Made by a program: the position numbers and the translations under genes. A DNA stretch of 55,118 nt from Prorocentrum cordatum (lineage: Eukaryota): contig CAUYUJ010000183.1 of NCBI GenBank assembly GCA_963575745.1, positions 62,001 to 117,118 on the forward strand, in the 5' to 3' direction. The notes beneath the pieces were generated by a model. It was not told where the DNA came from. It did not search any database and worked only from the letters and a program-made list of their open reading frames with translations. Below are positions 11,561-24,489 of the stretch, piece by piece. Positions within the stretch are counted from its first letter, which is position 1. Every line of letters starts with the position of its first letter.

Positions 11561-12084
11561 AGGGTGAGCGGCGCCATAGGCAGTTCCCGAGGCAGCGAGT
11601 GCGTCTCCATGGTGCTTCCAGAGCTGCCTCTGGGCTTCTGGTTTCTTCGAAGACCCATCGACGCACTGCCGCTGGAGGTCACAGCCGTGCCCCCTGGCTT
11701 CACCAGCTAGTGAAAGTGAGGATGAAACACCGAAGACCGCCATGCGCACTCTCAAATCCGTTTCTCAAGGGTTTTGAAGCGGTACACGGAGAGCTGCTTT
11801 AGTGGCGGTCGCTGTGGGCTCCCAGCTTGGCGGGTTACGCACGTGCGGTCGCGCGCGCAGCCCTGCACGGGTATCAGGCTTCGGGCGTGGTCCGCCACCT
11901 CCGTCTGGGGACTTCGAGGGCCGTCCGCAGTTTCACGAGCGCTCGGGCCACTGGCCCGAGGTAACATACTGTAGCGGTCAGGCCCTGAGGGGTCGCAGGG
12001 CCACCCCGTAAGTACAACCAAGACAAGTCGTCCTTTACCATGTTTGACCATCATGTTTCTTGCCGCAGTTCCTTTTTCAGGAGT

Positions 12085-13150
12085 CGTCCTCCTCCTCCTC
12101 CTCCTCATCCTCCTCTTCCTCATCCTCATCCTCCTCCTCCCCTCCTCTTCCTCCTCCTCCCCTCCTCTTCCTCCGCCTCCTCCTCCTCCTTCCTCCTCCT
12201 GCTCCTCCTCCTCATCCTCCTGACCCTCCTCGCCTCCAGCGCACGCGGCTCCCTCTGTCGCCGCCTCGCCCGCTGCGGCGGCTCCGCCCGCGCCCTCGCC
12301 CCCCTCGGGCGCCGCCGTCGCCTCAGTGGCGCCCCAGCGGCGGTTGCGGCGGCGAAGGCGGCGGGGCATCAGGGGCTCGCGCGTCCCCCCGCGCAAGGTG
12401 GCCGCCACGGGGGGCGGAGAGCCCACAAAATCGTGCCCAGTCTCCCCCCGTTCACCCTTCTCCTCCCAGTCCCGCGCCATCCTCCCCCGCCTCCTCTTCC
12501 TCCTTCTCCTCCTCCTCCTCCTCCTCCTTCTCCTCCCCTCCTCCTCCTTCTCCTCCTCCTCCTCCTTCCCCCCCTCCCCATCTCGGTCAGCATCATGTTC
12601 GCCATTGCCCCCTCCTCTCCCTCATCCTCCCCCACCTCCTCCTCCTCCTCCTCCTCCTCCACCTCCTCCTCTTCCTTCCCCTCCTCCTCCTCCTCCTCCT
12701 CCTCCTCCTCCTCCTCCTCCTCCTCCTCCTCCGCCTCCGCCCTGCCATGGTCTTCATCGTCATTGTCATGTTCCTGTCCCCCTTCTCTTCCTCCTCCTCC
12801 CCCTTGCCTCGCCATCGCCGTCCAGGTCCTCATTGTGCTGATCCGCTCCTGGACCTCATCCTCCGTCCCGCACCCAAAGTCATCATCCTAACATTGTCTT
12901 CGGGCTCCCCATCTTCTTGCACGTCCTGCATGCTCCACATCGTCATCGTCCTTGTCCTCGCCACCCTCTTTGTCGTCCTCCTCCTGTTGCTCCTCCTCCT
13001 TATCCTCATCCGTATCCCACTCCTCCTCTTCCTCCTCCTCCTCCTCCTCCTCCTCCTCCTCCTCCTCCTCCTCCTCCTCATCGTCCCCGGCCGCATGTTC
13101 GTTCTCCCACGCCACGTCGCCTTCATCCTCTTCCCTCCTCCTCTTCCTCT
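12085..13150. repeat. Interrupted (CCT)n-rich low-complexity region
   Basis: Direct reading. Confidence 0.9.
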
Positions 13151-14383
13151 ACTCCGCGCAGTCGGGCGGCCTCTTCCTCCCCCATCCATCTCCGACGTGC
13201 TGGAACGCACCTGGCAGAGCCAAGCCTTCCCGGCGCGAGCTAGACAGCGAAGCAGCCGATTGCCATTCTCCAGCAGGCCAGACCCCAGAAGAACTGCCCA
13301 CCTCCATCCCGAGCTGGGGCCTGGAGGAAATAGCGGACATTTCCTAGGCGGTCGAATCCCCATGCGGCGCATGAGGCCGCCGCCCGGTCCGGGAAGGCCT
13401 AGACCCTTGTGAGCGCTGATCTGGGGGCCAGCCGAGCTAATGTCGCGAAACTGGGCGGGCCACCTGGCAGCTCCCAAACCTGGGCCACCGGATAGACGGG
13501 AGGGTGGGAAGGCTGGCTCCCGCGGCCCCCCAATCCGCCCACTGCCAGCACGTGGGGGGCCATCGTTGTCATTGCCGTGATCCGCATCGGCGCCGTCATT
13601 GACCTTAAGCTGTCGTCCTCGTCAGCGTCGCCATCAGCCTCGCTGCTATCATCATCGTGTCTGCCCTTGTCGACGTCGACATGATACCGCGCCCGCCCGA
13701 GTCTCCTCCTCCTCCTCCTCCTCCTCCTCCTCCTCCTCCTCCCCATTCTCCTCCTCCTCCTCCGCCTCCCCCTTCTCCTCCTCCTCCTCCTCTCCTCCTC
13801 TCCTCCTCCTCCTCCTCCTCCTCCTCCTCCTCCTCCTCCTCCTCCTCCTCCCTCCCCCTCCCCTTCCCCCTCCTCCTCCTCCGCCCCCTCCGCCTCGCAC
13901 TCGAAGTGCCCGCGCGTCAGCGCGGCCCGCGAGACGCGCCGGAAGCCCCCAGCGGCAAGTGCCGCCGCGACCGCGCGGGTCGAACGCCAGACCAGCCGGC
14001 CGCGCTCCGCGCGCGGGGCCGGTGCGCTGCGAGAGCGGCCGCAGCGGGATGCGCCAGCCAACGCCGAGCGGCGATCGTAATCGCGCCAGCCAACGGGCTT
14101 TGCAAACTGCATTACGGGTAAGTACTGTGGGATGACGATTAGGAGAAAAAGGAGGGGGGAACGATGAAAAAAATTACCCTGGCGACGTACCCAACCCCTG
14201 CGCAAAAGCGGGGCGCAAATAGTTTAGGATACTTTATAAGGGGGCGATGACGGAGCGAGGGTTACATATGTCTGCAGACGGAATTCGGGAGACTCGCAGG
14301 ACACTGGCTACAGGAAAAGGGCTTGATAAAGCTGATGATTTACAATTCCTGAGCACTCCTAGCCACTTCGAAAACGGGGATCA

Positions 14384-15548
14384 CAGCAGGCCTCGAAAGT
14401 GGCGACAGGTTCACAGATCGCAGCCCCGCAGGGATGGCGAGGTCTCATTTGAATCTGCCCGTGGCCCTCACTGTGCTGGGCCCCCCAGCAGGCCTCGAAA
14501 ATGGCGACAGTTTCGCAGATCGCAGCCCCCCAGGGATGGCGAGGTCTAATTTGAATCCGCGCGTGGCCCTCACTGTGCTGGGCCCCCCAGCAGGCCTCGA
14601 AAATGGCGACAGTTTCGCAGATCGCAGCCCCCCAGGGATGGCGAGGTCTAATTTGAATCCGCGCGTGGCCCTCACTGTGCTGGGCCCCCCAGCAGGCCTC
14701 GAAAATGGCGACAGTTTCGCAGATCGCAGCCCCCCAGGGATGGCGAGGTCTAATTTGAATCCGCGCGTGGCCCTCACTGTGCTGGGCCCCCCAGCAGGCC
14801 TCGAAAATGGCGACAGTTTCGCAGATCGCAGCCCCCCAGGGATGGCGAGGTCTAATTTGAATCCGCGCGTGGCCCTCACTGTGCTGGGCCCCCCAGCAGG
14901 CCTCGAAAATGGCGACAGTTTCGCAGATCGCAGCCCCCCAGGGATGGCGAGGTCTAATTTGAATCCGCGCGTGGCCCTCACTGTGCTGGGCCCCCCAGCA
15001 GGCCTCGAAAATGGCGACAGTTTCGCAGATCGCAGCCCCCCAGGGATGGCGAGGTCTAATTTGAATCCGCGCGTGGCCCTCACTGTGCTGGGCCCCCAGC
15101 AGGCCTCGAAAATGGCGACAGTTTCGCAGATCGCAGCCCCCCAGGGATGGCGAGGTCTAATTTGAATCTGCCCGTGGCCCTCACTGTGCTGGGCCCCCCA
15201 GCAGGCCTCGAAAATGGCGACAGTTTCGCAGATCGCAGCCCCCCAGGGATGGCGAGGTCTAATTTGAATCTGCGCGTGGCCCTCACTGTGCTGGGCCCCC
15301 CAGCAGGCCTCGAAAATGGCGACAGTTTCGCAGATCGCAGCCCCCCAGGGATGGCGAGGTCTAATTTGAATCTGCGTGGCCCTCACTGTGCTGGGCCCCC
15401 CAGCAGGCCTCGAAAATGGCGACAGTTTCGCAGATCGCAGCCCCCCAGGGATGGCGAGGTCTAATTTGAATCTGCCCGTGGCCCTCACTGTGCTGGGCCC
15501 CCCAGCAGGCCTCGAAAATGGCGACAGTTTCGCAGATCGCAGCCCCCC
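14384..15548. repeat. 102-bp tandem satellite, ~11.4 near-identical copies
   Basis: GGCCCTCACTGTGCTGGGCCCCCCAGCAGGCCTCGAAAATGGCGACAGTTTCGCAGATCGCAGCCCCCCAGGGATGGCGAGGTCTAATTTGAATCCGCGCGT at 14463, 14565, 14667 and onward. Confidence 0.98.
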
Positions 15549-16924
15549 GCAGGCAAGACAGAAAGAGGCAGGAAAGAGGCGGGAGGCGGGAGGAAGAGGG
15601 ACGCGACCACACTGCTCTATTCAAAACGAATATCCAACCAAGGAGGGTTGGGAAATAGTTTCCCACACCGGGGGGGGACCGCTCAGAAGCAGGGCTCGCC
15701 TGTGCGGTGTTTCGTCACTGGGTGGGGCGCGCGCCCGAGGAGGGCGGGGGGGGGGGACGATTAAAAATAGTTTCCCAGCCCGGGGCCGGTTTTTTCTAAT
15801 CGTCATCCCGGGCGCCGCCGCGTGAACACGACCCCCGGTCATTTATTAATCGTCATCCTCCATTAGGTGGGGTGATTGCGCGCGCAGTGCAAAGGACAAC
15901 TCGCTGCAAGCACACATCAACACCACGACATGCATTGCACCCAATCGTTTGCACCACATAGTTCACACCACATTGGTGAGAACGTTGGCCCCTACCACGG
16001 CACAGATATTGCACAGCATACACTGCACATTGCACTACTTCACTGGACAACTCGCGAAAATGCAGTCGCAAGAACATTGAATTGGTTGGTCTGTTCGGTC
16101 CGGTTGGGTTGGTGATATGGTCGGATCTCCCGCATCACAGCAGTGGTCGTGATTTGTGCGTTTCCTCTGCCCTGGCATCCTTTTCACTGGCAGGGAGCGC
16201 AGATCAGGTCTCGAAGCCCGCAAGCCCATTAGCGCCACGTATCATGACAGAACTCACACAATGTCCTGCGTCGGGCAAGCCCGGTGCGCTGGTTGCTTCA
16301 CGTTCTGCTGCGTGCGTGTGTGTGCGCGCGTGTGTGTGGATGTGTGTGGGCTGTGGGTGCGCGATAGGTTTCAAGCTAAACTGCTGGAGCCTCGCGACGG
16401 AAAGTTTCCTGCGACATACTACGCAGAGCTTCCGTTCAGGTGCATTCGGGTCGGCAAATCTCCGCACGCGTCTAATAAGTATGGTGACTCAGCGCAGGCA
16501 TGCGCGCTCTGAGAGCTAGCTTACATCCGAAGTCTTGCTTTGCGTGGTTTGTGTTCACGGCGGCGGCCTGGGTGGATTGATAGTAGTGGCAACGCTTTGG
16601 GGTTCAATGCGAAGTGTCGAAGAGAAGACTTTACAGTAATTGGGGATTCGTAACAATGCTCAAAAGCATCATCCACATAATCCACATAATCATAAGAATA
16701 CGCATCTTCAATACAATGCCAATGAAAGGACACGCGCCACATCGGAACGTAGCACAATAATTGCATGCGCCGGGCGCGCCTCAAAGATGGCAATTCCGAC
16801 TCGACTTCGAAACGCGAATATTCGATCCAGTTGCGACGCCCGAAACTACGAATTTGGGCCAGTCACCCCCCAAGCTGTGGCGGGGGCAAGGTATACTGGA
16901 GACCCTGGAGAACCTGAGTGCCCC

Positions 16925-17180
16925 CCAACACCTTGGGACCCTCAAGGCAGCCCAGGAGACTCAAGAGGGCCTAAGTCTGGCCCTGCAGGGCCTCCAGAGG
17001 AACCCATGACTGCCTAAGAAGCCAAAGGGGGCCTGTTGGCAGCCAAAGGCGGCCACGCGACGGCCCCAAGAGCCCCCCAGACGGCCACGAAGGCTCTAAG
17101 AGCCCCCAGGCAGTACAAGAGAGCCCCGAGGGACCCCAAATATTGCCGCTCGGAAGCCCACGACAACCTCAAGACTGCCT
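16925..17180 (+). repeat. Degenerate ~11-bp CCAAGA(C/G)GGCC minisatellite, older relative of the 48-49 kb array
   Basis: Repeated CCCAAGAG/CCCAGACGGCC/CTAAGAG motifs, reverse complement of the GGCCTCTTGG repeats at 48000-49070. Confidence 0.5.
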
Positions 17181-17377
17181 ACATGAAACCTATATGCTAT
17201 CCTGGTATTCGTTGTCGTCCTCCTCTTCTTCCTTCCCGTCCTCCTCCTCCTCCTCCTCTTCCTCCTTCTCCTCCTCCGGCTGAAATCTTTATGTTCGGCG
17301 GAGGTTGTTTGCTTTAGAAAAGGAACTGAATCCAGATTCGAAAAAAAACACCGACAAATGCAATTAGCTATATACAC

Positions 17378-17422
<45 letters not shown>

Positions 17423-17804
17423 CATGTATGTATGTATGCATGTACCAGGCGCTCCCGATCAACCGCAGGGCGGCGGGCTGAGTAACTCGATCTAGATTGA
17501 AGCTCACGGCATGGAAGCGCGAACGCAATGACAAAACCACGTGCTGGCGGCGCGCACAGGGGGGGTAAGGGGAGGGGGGGATGATTCTTAGAAGGGGGCT
17601 GCTTCGTAGGCCTACCCCCCCGGACGTGTCCGTCAAGGACGCGTGGCACACGTCGCCTGATATTGACCCGGCGACGACGGCGTACGGCAGGCCTGTGCCG
17701 CAGCGACGTCGGCGTTTTGTTTGGCGACGCCGCGTGGATATCGTTCGCCCTTGAGCGCTCGCGGCTTCTTCTCCTATGGAACAGATCCTTACCTAGCTGT
17801 TTGA

Positions 17805-17988
17805 GCATCGTTTAACCGATCCCCATCCCCAGCGGCGTGGCCTGGGCCCCGCTGGCCGATTTATCCCCCTAGATGGGGATATAGGTCGTTCTCCTCGGGT
17901 TTCGAGGGGTGTATCCCCAACTGGGGTGGTAATTTGGTGGGGGTCTCGAAGGGGATGGAGATGGGGATGGGGATCGGTTAAACGATAG
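17805..17988 (+). mobile_element. PIF/Harbinger-like MITE family C, copy 2
   Basis: GCATCGTTTAACCGATCCCCATCCCC ... GGGGATGGGGATCGGTTAAACGATAG; flanks TGA/CGA. Confidence 0.85.
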
Positions 17989-18697
17989 CGACCATTCTGG
18001 AACGACCGAGTCCTGACAGATGGGGTCCTGGGGACGAGGTGCCTCAAACAATGTGAATTCACGCCTGGATCCCTTCCTATCCTCTGGCCCCCCAGCACTC
18101 ATGACCCTGTATCTGAACCACCAGGTCCTGGGACATGGGGTCCTGGGGAGGAGGGGCCTCAAACAGTGTGTGTGTGTGTGAAGTCGCGCTCGGATCACTT
18201 CCCACCCTGAGGCCCCCTGCCCTTAGGGCCCCAGCTGTGAACCACCGAGGCCGGCCGGTCGATGCCAGGGCACCGGCGGAGCTCAACCTCGAACGACTGG
18301 TCTGGAGCCGCCGCCGCGCCGCAGCGGCGCGAACCGAAGGCGCTCGCCGCACAAACGGAGAGCGACCACGTGAACGGTCAGAACTGATGGTAGGGATGCG
18401 CGGAAGGGATGCCAGGGCCTTGGGCGCCCATACCAAAACGTTTCCAGCGGGGCTGGCCATCGAAAGTGGTTGATGATGGACCGAAGATGGCCGAAGAGGC
18501 AAGTCTGCAAGGATAGCCTTGGGAAGTCGATGATCCTTTGACTGTAGCTAGCTGTGGAGGGTCGCTTCTGACAGGTACAAGTACTATACGCCCACGCCTC
18601 GGACAATACCCCCGTCGCGTGCTAGAACCGCTGCAGCCATGTACGGCGTCGGCATCGGCCCGAAGCGACCGGGCCGGTCGAATCACGCTGGCACTAG

Positions 18698-18898
18698 TCG
18701 GGGAAACGTGAGGCTCTATTTCGGGGGACTCGAGTTGGCCTGACGGGGCCGTCAAGAACACGACGAGACCTAATTTGAAGTTTGACGTGAGCTCCCGCTG
18801 CAAGCATCCCACGAAAAATGGACCGTCAAATCCACGACGTGCCCGGCAAAAAACGTCGGCAGATCCGAGCGCCGGCGTCCTCGACTACGCTGCCCCGA
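18698..18898 (+). mobile_element. MITE family D, copy 1
   Basis: TCGGGGAAACGTGAG start, GCCCCGA end; internal GAGCTCCC-CTGCA..ATCCCACGAAAA..GACCGTCAAA shared with the 30648 copy. Confidence 0.7.
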
Positions 18899-18941
18899 AG
18901 AGGCGAAGCAATTCGGGCGGGTGGTATTGGGGGGGGGCCTA

Positions 18942-19093
18942 CATGTCCGACCAGCCACAACTGGGGGGGCTGTGGTTCTCATCCCCCTGGGGGAACCCAT
19001 CGCCTCGACGGGCTCTCGAGAGGGGTGCCGAAATCGATGGGTCCCCCAGGGGGGTAAGGACCACAGCTCCCCCAGTTGTGGCTGGCCTGCATG
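18942..19093. mobile_element. Fold-back MITE with ~60-bp arms
   Basis: CATG..CCAGCCACAACTGGGGG..CTGTGG..CCCCCTGGGGGA-CCCATCG mirrored by CGATGGGTCCCCCAGGGGG..CCACAG..CCCCCAGTTGTGGCTGG..CATG. Confidence 0.85.
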
Positions 19094-20394
19094 TGGGGGT
19101 GACGGAAAGGACCCTGAAGGGGGCCCAGGGCCGCATCTGGGGCCAGATGGGGCCCCCAAAGGGGGCCCTGAAGGGCACCTCGAGGACCCTGTCCTGCACC
19201 CACCCATGAAGGTCACCCCCCATTTCCAGCCGCCCGAGAGATGTGAACGATCCCCGCAAACTGAGGCCCCGGCATCGGCCGTCTCCTCGCCCTTCTTCTC
19301 TGCATCCTCCTCGCCCTTCTTCTCTTCGCCCTCGCCATCAATCTTCTCTGCCTTCTCCTCCTTCGCGTCTTTCGCCTCCTCCCCGTCCTTCGCCTCCTCC
19401 TTCTCCTCCGTCGCCTCCTCCTTTGCACCCTCCTCGGGTCACCCACAAGACATGTTTGACGACGTCCCATCCCGAAGGCGCCTATAGACATCAATATCAT
19501 GCCTGACCAGGGCCAACATGGGCCATGACATAGTGTGTATGCGCTCTCGTGGCCTCGGCCGGCCTCGGCGAAGAAATTCTATACAATCCTGGGGCCAGGA
19601 CTGTCCCGTCAAGGCATGTTGGCTGTGATGTAAGACTAAACACCTTCTGCGGAGACATTTCGCTGCGTTGTCCTCGGATCGTCGGGCACTTGTTTGCTCA
19701 TTTCGCAAGAAGGCCAGCTGGCTGATCCAGCAGATCGAAGTCCCGTCGGGCACTTCGAACTTCGAGCATGCAAAATGTTCCCAGCAGGCCATCCCGCTCC
19801 CTCTCTTTCTGCATCTGATCGTTCTCAGACAGAGGCTGCCGATCTCTGGCCGTCAAACTCGTCCTCGCCGTCGTCGCTCGCCTTCGCTGTGGTCGTCGCC
19901 GTCGGTGGCTGCATCTGTTCCAGTCTGCCTGGACCCCGTGTCCCTTCAGGGCACGCGCGAGGACAACATGGAATTCCACCCTTCGATCGGGGGTGGACAG
20001 AGCCCCCATTTAGCAAAAGAACCCTCCTTGTGAAAACGACCTAGCACAAGACCTGGTGGGCGCAGGACTGCCCGCGATGGGCGTGCGGAAGCCGACGCGT
20101 CATGTTGAATTACTGACAGACTCGTGAGGCATGCGTGCGGCCAGGTCCTGTCGGCACACTCTTTTCGCGGGGATGCTGCGACCTGAACCTGAGGTAGAAG
20201 ACGCCTGTCGTGACCCCGTCCCCCTTTCACAGCGCCCGGGTGTGAGGGCCCCAGCCACCGATCATCCTCTCGACATCGGTCCCCAAGCACCTCCAGGCCA
20301 CCCTCGGAGACAACCCCCTGGCCCGATGCCCGAAGCGCGCGCAACCGTGGCCACGAGCTGGACCCATGATGGCCCCGGGGGGGTCTCTCTGGAG

Positions 20395-20530
20395 TTAGTT
20401 CGGGTATGTCCCCCTACAGGCGGATTTTGGACGAAAAATGAAACATAATAGAAACATGCTCAAACGTATGCAAACATGGTAGAACAATCGCTCCCTGACT
20501 ATCTTTTCACTAGGGACACGCCCGACTGAA
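20395..20530. mobile_element. hAT-like MITE family A, copy 2
   Basis: TTAGTTCGGGTATGTCCCC ... GGGACACGCCCGACTGAA; TSD CTCTGGAG/CTCTAGAG. Confidence 0.85.
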
Positions 20531-21213
20531 CTCTAGAGGTCCCCAGGAGACCTCCTGGTGGATGTATCCCTGGACCAAGCGGTCGCCAGGAGCGCCCCTG
20601 GCGCGAGAGAGGCCCGGGCTTCCCCCGGGCACAGACGGGGGCGGAAAGGGGGTCCACAGGCAAACAAGCTGCTGCCGCCATGAGTTTGGGTCCGCGACCG
20701 GGCCAACAGGATGATCTCATCACACCAGGATGCAGCACCCATTCGCGCCCCAAGATCGTGCTGTGAGAGGTGGAGGACTCGCCAGCAAGTGGCGGAGGAT
20801 CCGCCGTCAGATGTGCAGCCCACTCCCTGCAGTGCGAACGCACTGAGCGTTGAGAGCAAACCGAAAAAAAACGGATCCACCCTGGATGGGGGGAAATGGT
20901 CACGTGCCGAACCCAACCAGTATCTGTAGGAAGGAGACTTTGACGACGAGGACTTCCTCCACGCAAAATCAAACGTCTGTCAGTGTCATTCCCTTCAGCC
21001 GAGATAGCGATAGATGCGGGGCAACAGGAATCGTGTACACACACACGTGCACACTTGCGAAGCCCTTCCTATATGATGCAAACGCGCGGGCCCCAACCAG
21101 TCTGTTCTTGCACAACCGACGTAGGTATCGGCTAGGCGGTACACGCCACAGGGCGCCAACTCCCAATAAAAAACAATAGATGAGGAAAAACTGACTGAAC
21201 ATAAACGTTCCGA

Positions 21214-21327
21214 ACTCCGCGCGGATTCATTGGATCTACGCTGGACCCCCCCCCGCGAGGAGCGCGCCAGGAACGGCACCAGAAGAGAGGGCCACAGCGC
21301 CGATCCAAGACACGTCCGCGCGGAACC
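21214..21327. mobile_element. Palindromic MITE family G copy
   Basis: CCGCGCGGATTCATTGGATC ... GATCCAAGACACGTCCGCGCGG, internal GGAGCGCGCCAGG; relatives at 32148, 47588, 53980. Confidence 0.6.
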
Positions 21328-21524
21328 CCGAGAACGGATCTCTCTGTGCCGCTTCGGTCTTCCTCGGGGCTGGTCTCCTGGACCTTGCACGCCTCATCCT
21401 CCTTCTCCTCCTCCTTCTCCTCCTCCTCCTCCTCCTCCTTCTCCTCCTCCTCCTCCTCCTCCTCACGGCGGGTGGGAAGGAGAGGCCGCCAGCGGCTGTG
21501 GGAGGGGGGCAGAGGCGCCTGAGA

Positions 21525-21686
21525 TTAGGTCGGGCGTGTCCTCCTACAAGGGGATTTTGGGCGAAGAAGAAAAGTAGCCAAACAAGAAGGAACAGTTGCA
21601 AAACAAATCATCAAAACATCGTCCACGGACTATTTTGTTTGACTCTCATTAGACTCTCCCTCTGTAGAAGGACACGCCCGACCTAA
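21525..21686. mobile_element. hAT-like MITE family A, copy 3
   Basis: TTAGGTCGGGCGTGTCC ... GGACACGCCCGACCTAA; TSD GCCTGAGA/GGCTAAGA. Confidence 0.85.
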
Positions 21687-24489
21687 GGCTAAGACGCGCC
21701 CCCGGCGGCCCACCCAGCCTGCTCCCCACAGGAGCACCGTCTGCTCTCCTCCCACTTCCAGGTGGCTTTGGGGCCGTAGGCTCGCCTCGCCGGCGGCCGT
21801 CTCGGGACGACTCGGGCACCCCTGCAAGACGCCACCGGCGAGGCGCGGCTACTGGAGAGCAGCCCGGGGCGAGAAGCCATCCGGGGGTCAGCGCCCGCAA
21901 GCCGAGATCGGGCGGAAGCCTCGGGAGACCAGCCTCGTGCCGCAGGGGTGTAGCGGGGGGCCGATCGGAACGTCGGGGCCGGCCGGCCCCGAGGGCTGCG
22001 CCTCCGCCTTTTCGCCGTTTTCCGCGCCCTCGTCCGCCTCGGCCTCGCAGGCGGGTGGCAAAGGGAAAAAAGAGGAGGAGCAGGATGAGGAAGAGGAGCA
22101 GGAGGAGGAGGAGGAGGAGGAGGAGGAGGAGGAGCAGGAGGAAGAGGAGGAAAAGGAGGAGGAGGAGGAGGAGGAGGAGGAGGAGGACAAGGACAAGGAC
22201 ATCCGCATAAAGGGGTATAGCGTCAAAGCGCCGACGCTGGTGTCTGATGCACTTCTGCCAAAATTTCCTGCGACCGATTGTGCAACAGCCCTGTCTTCTC
22301 GCTAAAGCCAACTGGGGGCATACCACGTTGCTGAAGGACTGCGCTCCGAGGTGGCCCCGTAGGAGAGGCTCACTACCTTACTTTCACGAATCCCTGCGGG
22401 TCAGTGCGGGGGGAGCGGCTGCTGGCCCTTCCGCGTGCCCAGGGGGGAGGGGACGCGCGAGCTTAGCAGTGCGCCCAAGCCAGGGGGGAGGAGACGACGA
22501 CACGACCACTCAAAGGGAGGAGAGAGGGGGAGGGTCGGGAGGCCCGTGTCCCCAAACTGTTGCTGAAGGGCGCTGTTTACTCAACCGTTTTACTTACATG
22601 TTCCCCCCACCCGCTCGGTTCAATTCGCTGTCTGGCCGAGAGTTGCCCCGTGCATTGTCGCATGTGTATTCTGATGCCCTGTTGTAGTCTCCCACCGTTC
22701 CCCCTCGAACTGTATGTGGGGAAGAACATACTGGTAGTCACGGTATATGGTAGGTGGGGCCATCGAGGAAGCACTCTGTTGGACTTCGTGATGGGCACCT
22801 CTTTCTCTCCTTCTACACCCTACAATCCCAAACCAACTTCCCATTGCGAAGACAGCGCGAGCACTCCGCTGTGCCCATCCTGTATGCCCCGAGTAGCACT
22901 CCGAGACAGCCTCGCTAATGCATCTCTTGGCTGCCTGTGGGCTCGACCAGTTTGCCCAGAGTAGCGCTCCGAGAAAACCTCGCTAATGTTTTTCTTGGCG
23001 TTCCAGTAGGCTCGAGCTGGCCGTTGTCGTCTCCTCTGACTTGAGGTAGCCGAACTTTGCTTCGGATATCTCTGTGCCATCCAGCAAGATCTACGTGCTG
23101 TCTCGTAGCTTCTGGCGCTCCTTGAGCCTCTTAACTTCTTCGGGGTCGAGATTGCCCTCGTTGTCCAGTTCCTTCAAGGCGGCCTTCATGACTTTGTGGA
23201 GGTTCTCTTCGTAGGTCTTTGATATCTTTCAGCGCCAGCTCAAACCAGCGCTGTACAGAAAAAACCTTCCTCCCTGCCCTTTCCGACGCGTCCACAGGGT
23301 ACCTTGCGATGAGATCGCAACCTTTGACCTTGTGCGTCATCGGTAAGGACACAGGAGGAGGAAAAAGGAGGAGGAGGAGGAGGAAGAGGAGGAGGAGGAA
23401 GAGAAAGAGGAGAAAGAGGAGGAGGAGGAGGAGGAGGAGGAGGAGGAGGAGAAGGAGGAGGAGGAGGAGGAGGAAAAGGAAGAGGAGGAAGAGGAGGAGG
23501 GTGACCCCAGTGGCGGGTGGAGAAAAGGGCACCGAATGGGCCTTTTGGGCCCCTCGGCCTCTCGGGCGGGTGGCAAGGGGGGGGGGGCCCAGTGGCGGGT
23601 GCAGAAAAGGGCCCTGAAAAGACCCCCTGGAAAGGGGCCCTTTTCAGGGCCCCTGCTGGCGCCAACAGGGGTCCCGAGGGGCCCTTTTCTCCACACCCCC
23701 ATGTATGGGAACACGACTTTTGCACACGCACACGCCACCTTTTGCGTCGGCGGCTAGGCAGGGGTCGTCTGCGCTGGCACAAGAAGCTGACTACGCAAAC
23801 GGGAGCACCATTGTAGCGAATTGGCCAACATGAAAGAGGGGGAGGAGGGACGGAACGGGCGCCAGCAAGGGGGGACGGAGAGAGCGGACACACCCCACAA
23901 ACATGCCGGTCCGGCACGAGACCGCAGAGAGGGGGCTGCGCACAGCATTTACACCCCCTGGAGACGTGATTTTGGCACACCACCACGGCGAACACGCTGG
24001 TCTGCATAAGGTACCAGCGCGGGGGCGACTGCGTTCCAGTCCAGAAGCCTTGCGCCGGCCACAGCGCGTGAGCAATGGGTGGACATGAGCACGGATGCGG
24101 GTGCCTTCAGCACGCCGCCCATGCCTTGACAGCCTGCTCCCACCTGCGAGCTGCACCACCCTCTTGGCGGGAGTAGCCTGCAAGTCGCTCATGGGCGGGC
24201 GGGGGCGGGGGCCATACATCTTCCCCCTGAATTTAGGCGACCCCCCATTACCACCCGTCCGAGCCTCGGGTTTCTCGCCGTTCACCTCCGCGGCCTCCTC
24301 CGCGCCCTCTGCCTCGGGCTGCCTCTCGCCCTCCTCCGCGTCCTGCGTCCCCTCGACCTCGGGGGCCGTGGCAAGACGAGGCCAGGACAAGGGACAACAG
24401 CGGCCAGGAATATATCCGGACTCTCTGCTGGCCCACTCTTCCACTACCACTAGCAAAGAAAGGAGGGCGGAGAAGGGAGGATGGGGAGG

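Noticed and set aside
14384..15548. 102-bp array as SL RNA gene array, CRISPR or repeat protein (minus strand ACTGTCGCCATTTTCG resembles the DinoSL 5' part)
   Set aside because: It lacks the GCTCAAG|GT end of the SL, has no unique spacers or cas genes, and indels in later units break the reading frame.
20960..21040. IPVAPHLSLSRLKGMTLTDV as a PIF1 helicase motif
   Set aside because: Only vague similarity to HKSQGMTL, followed at once by a stop, with no other helicase motifs.
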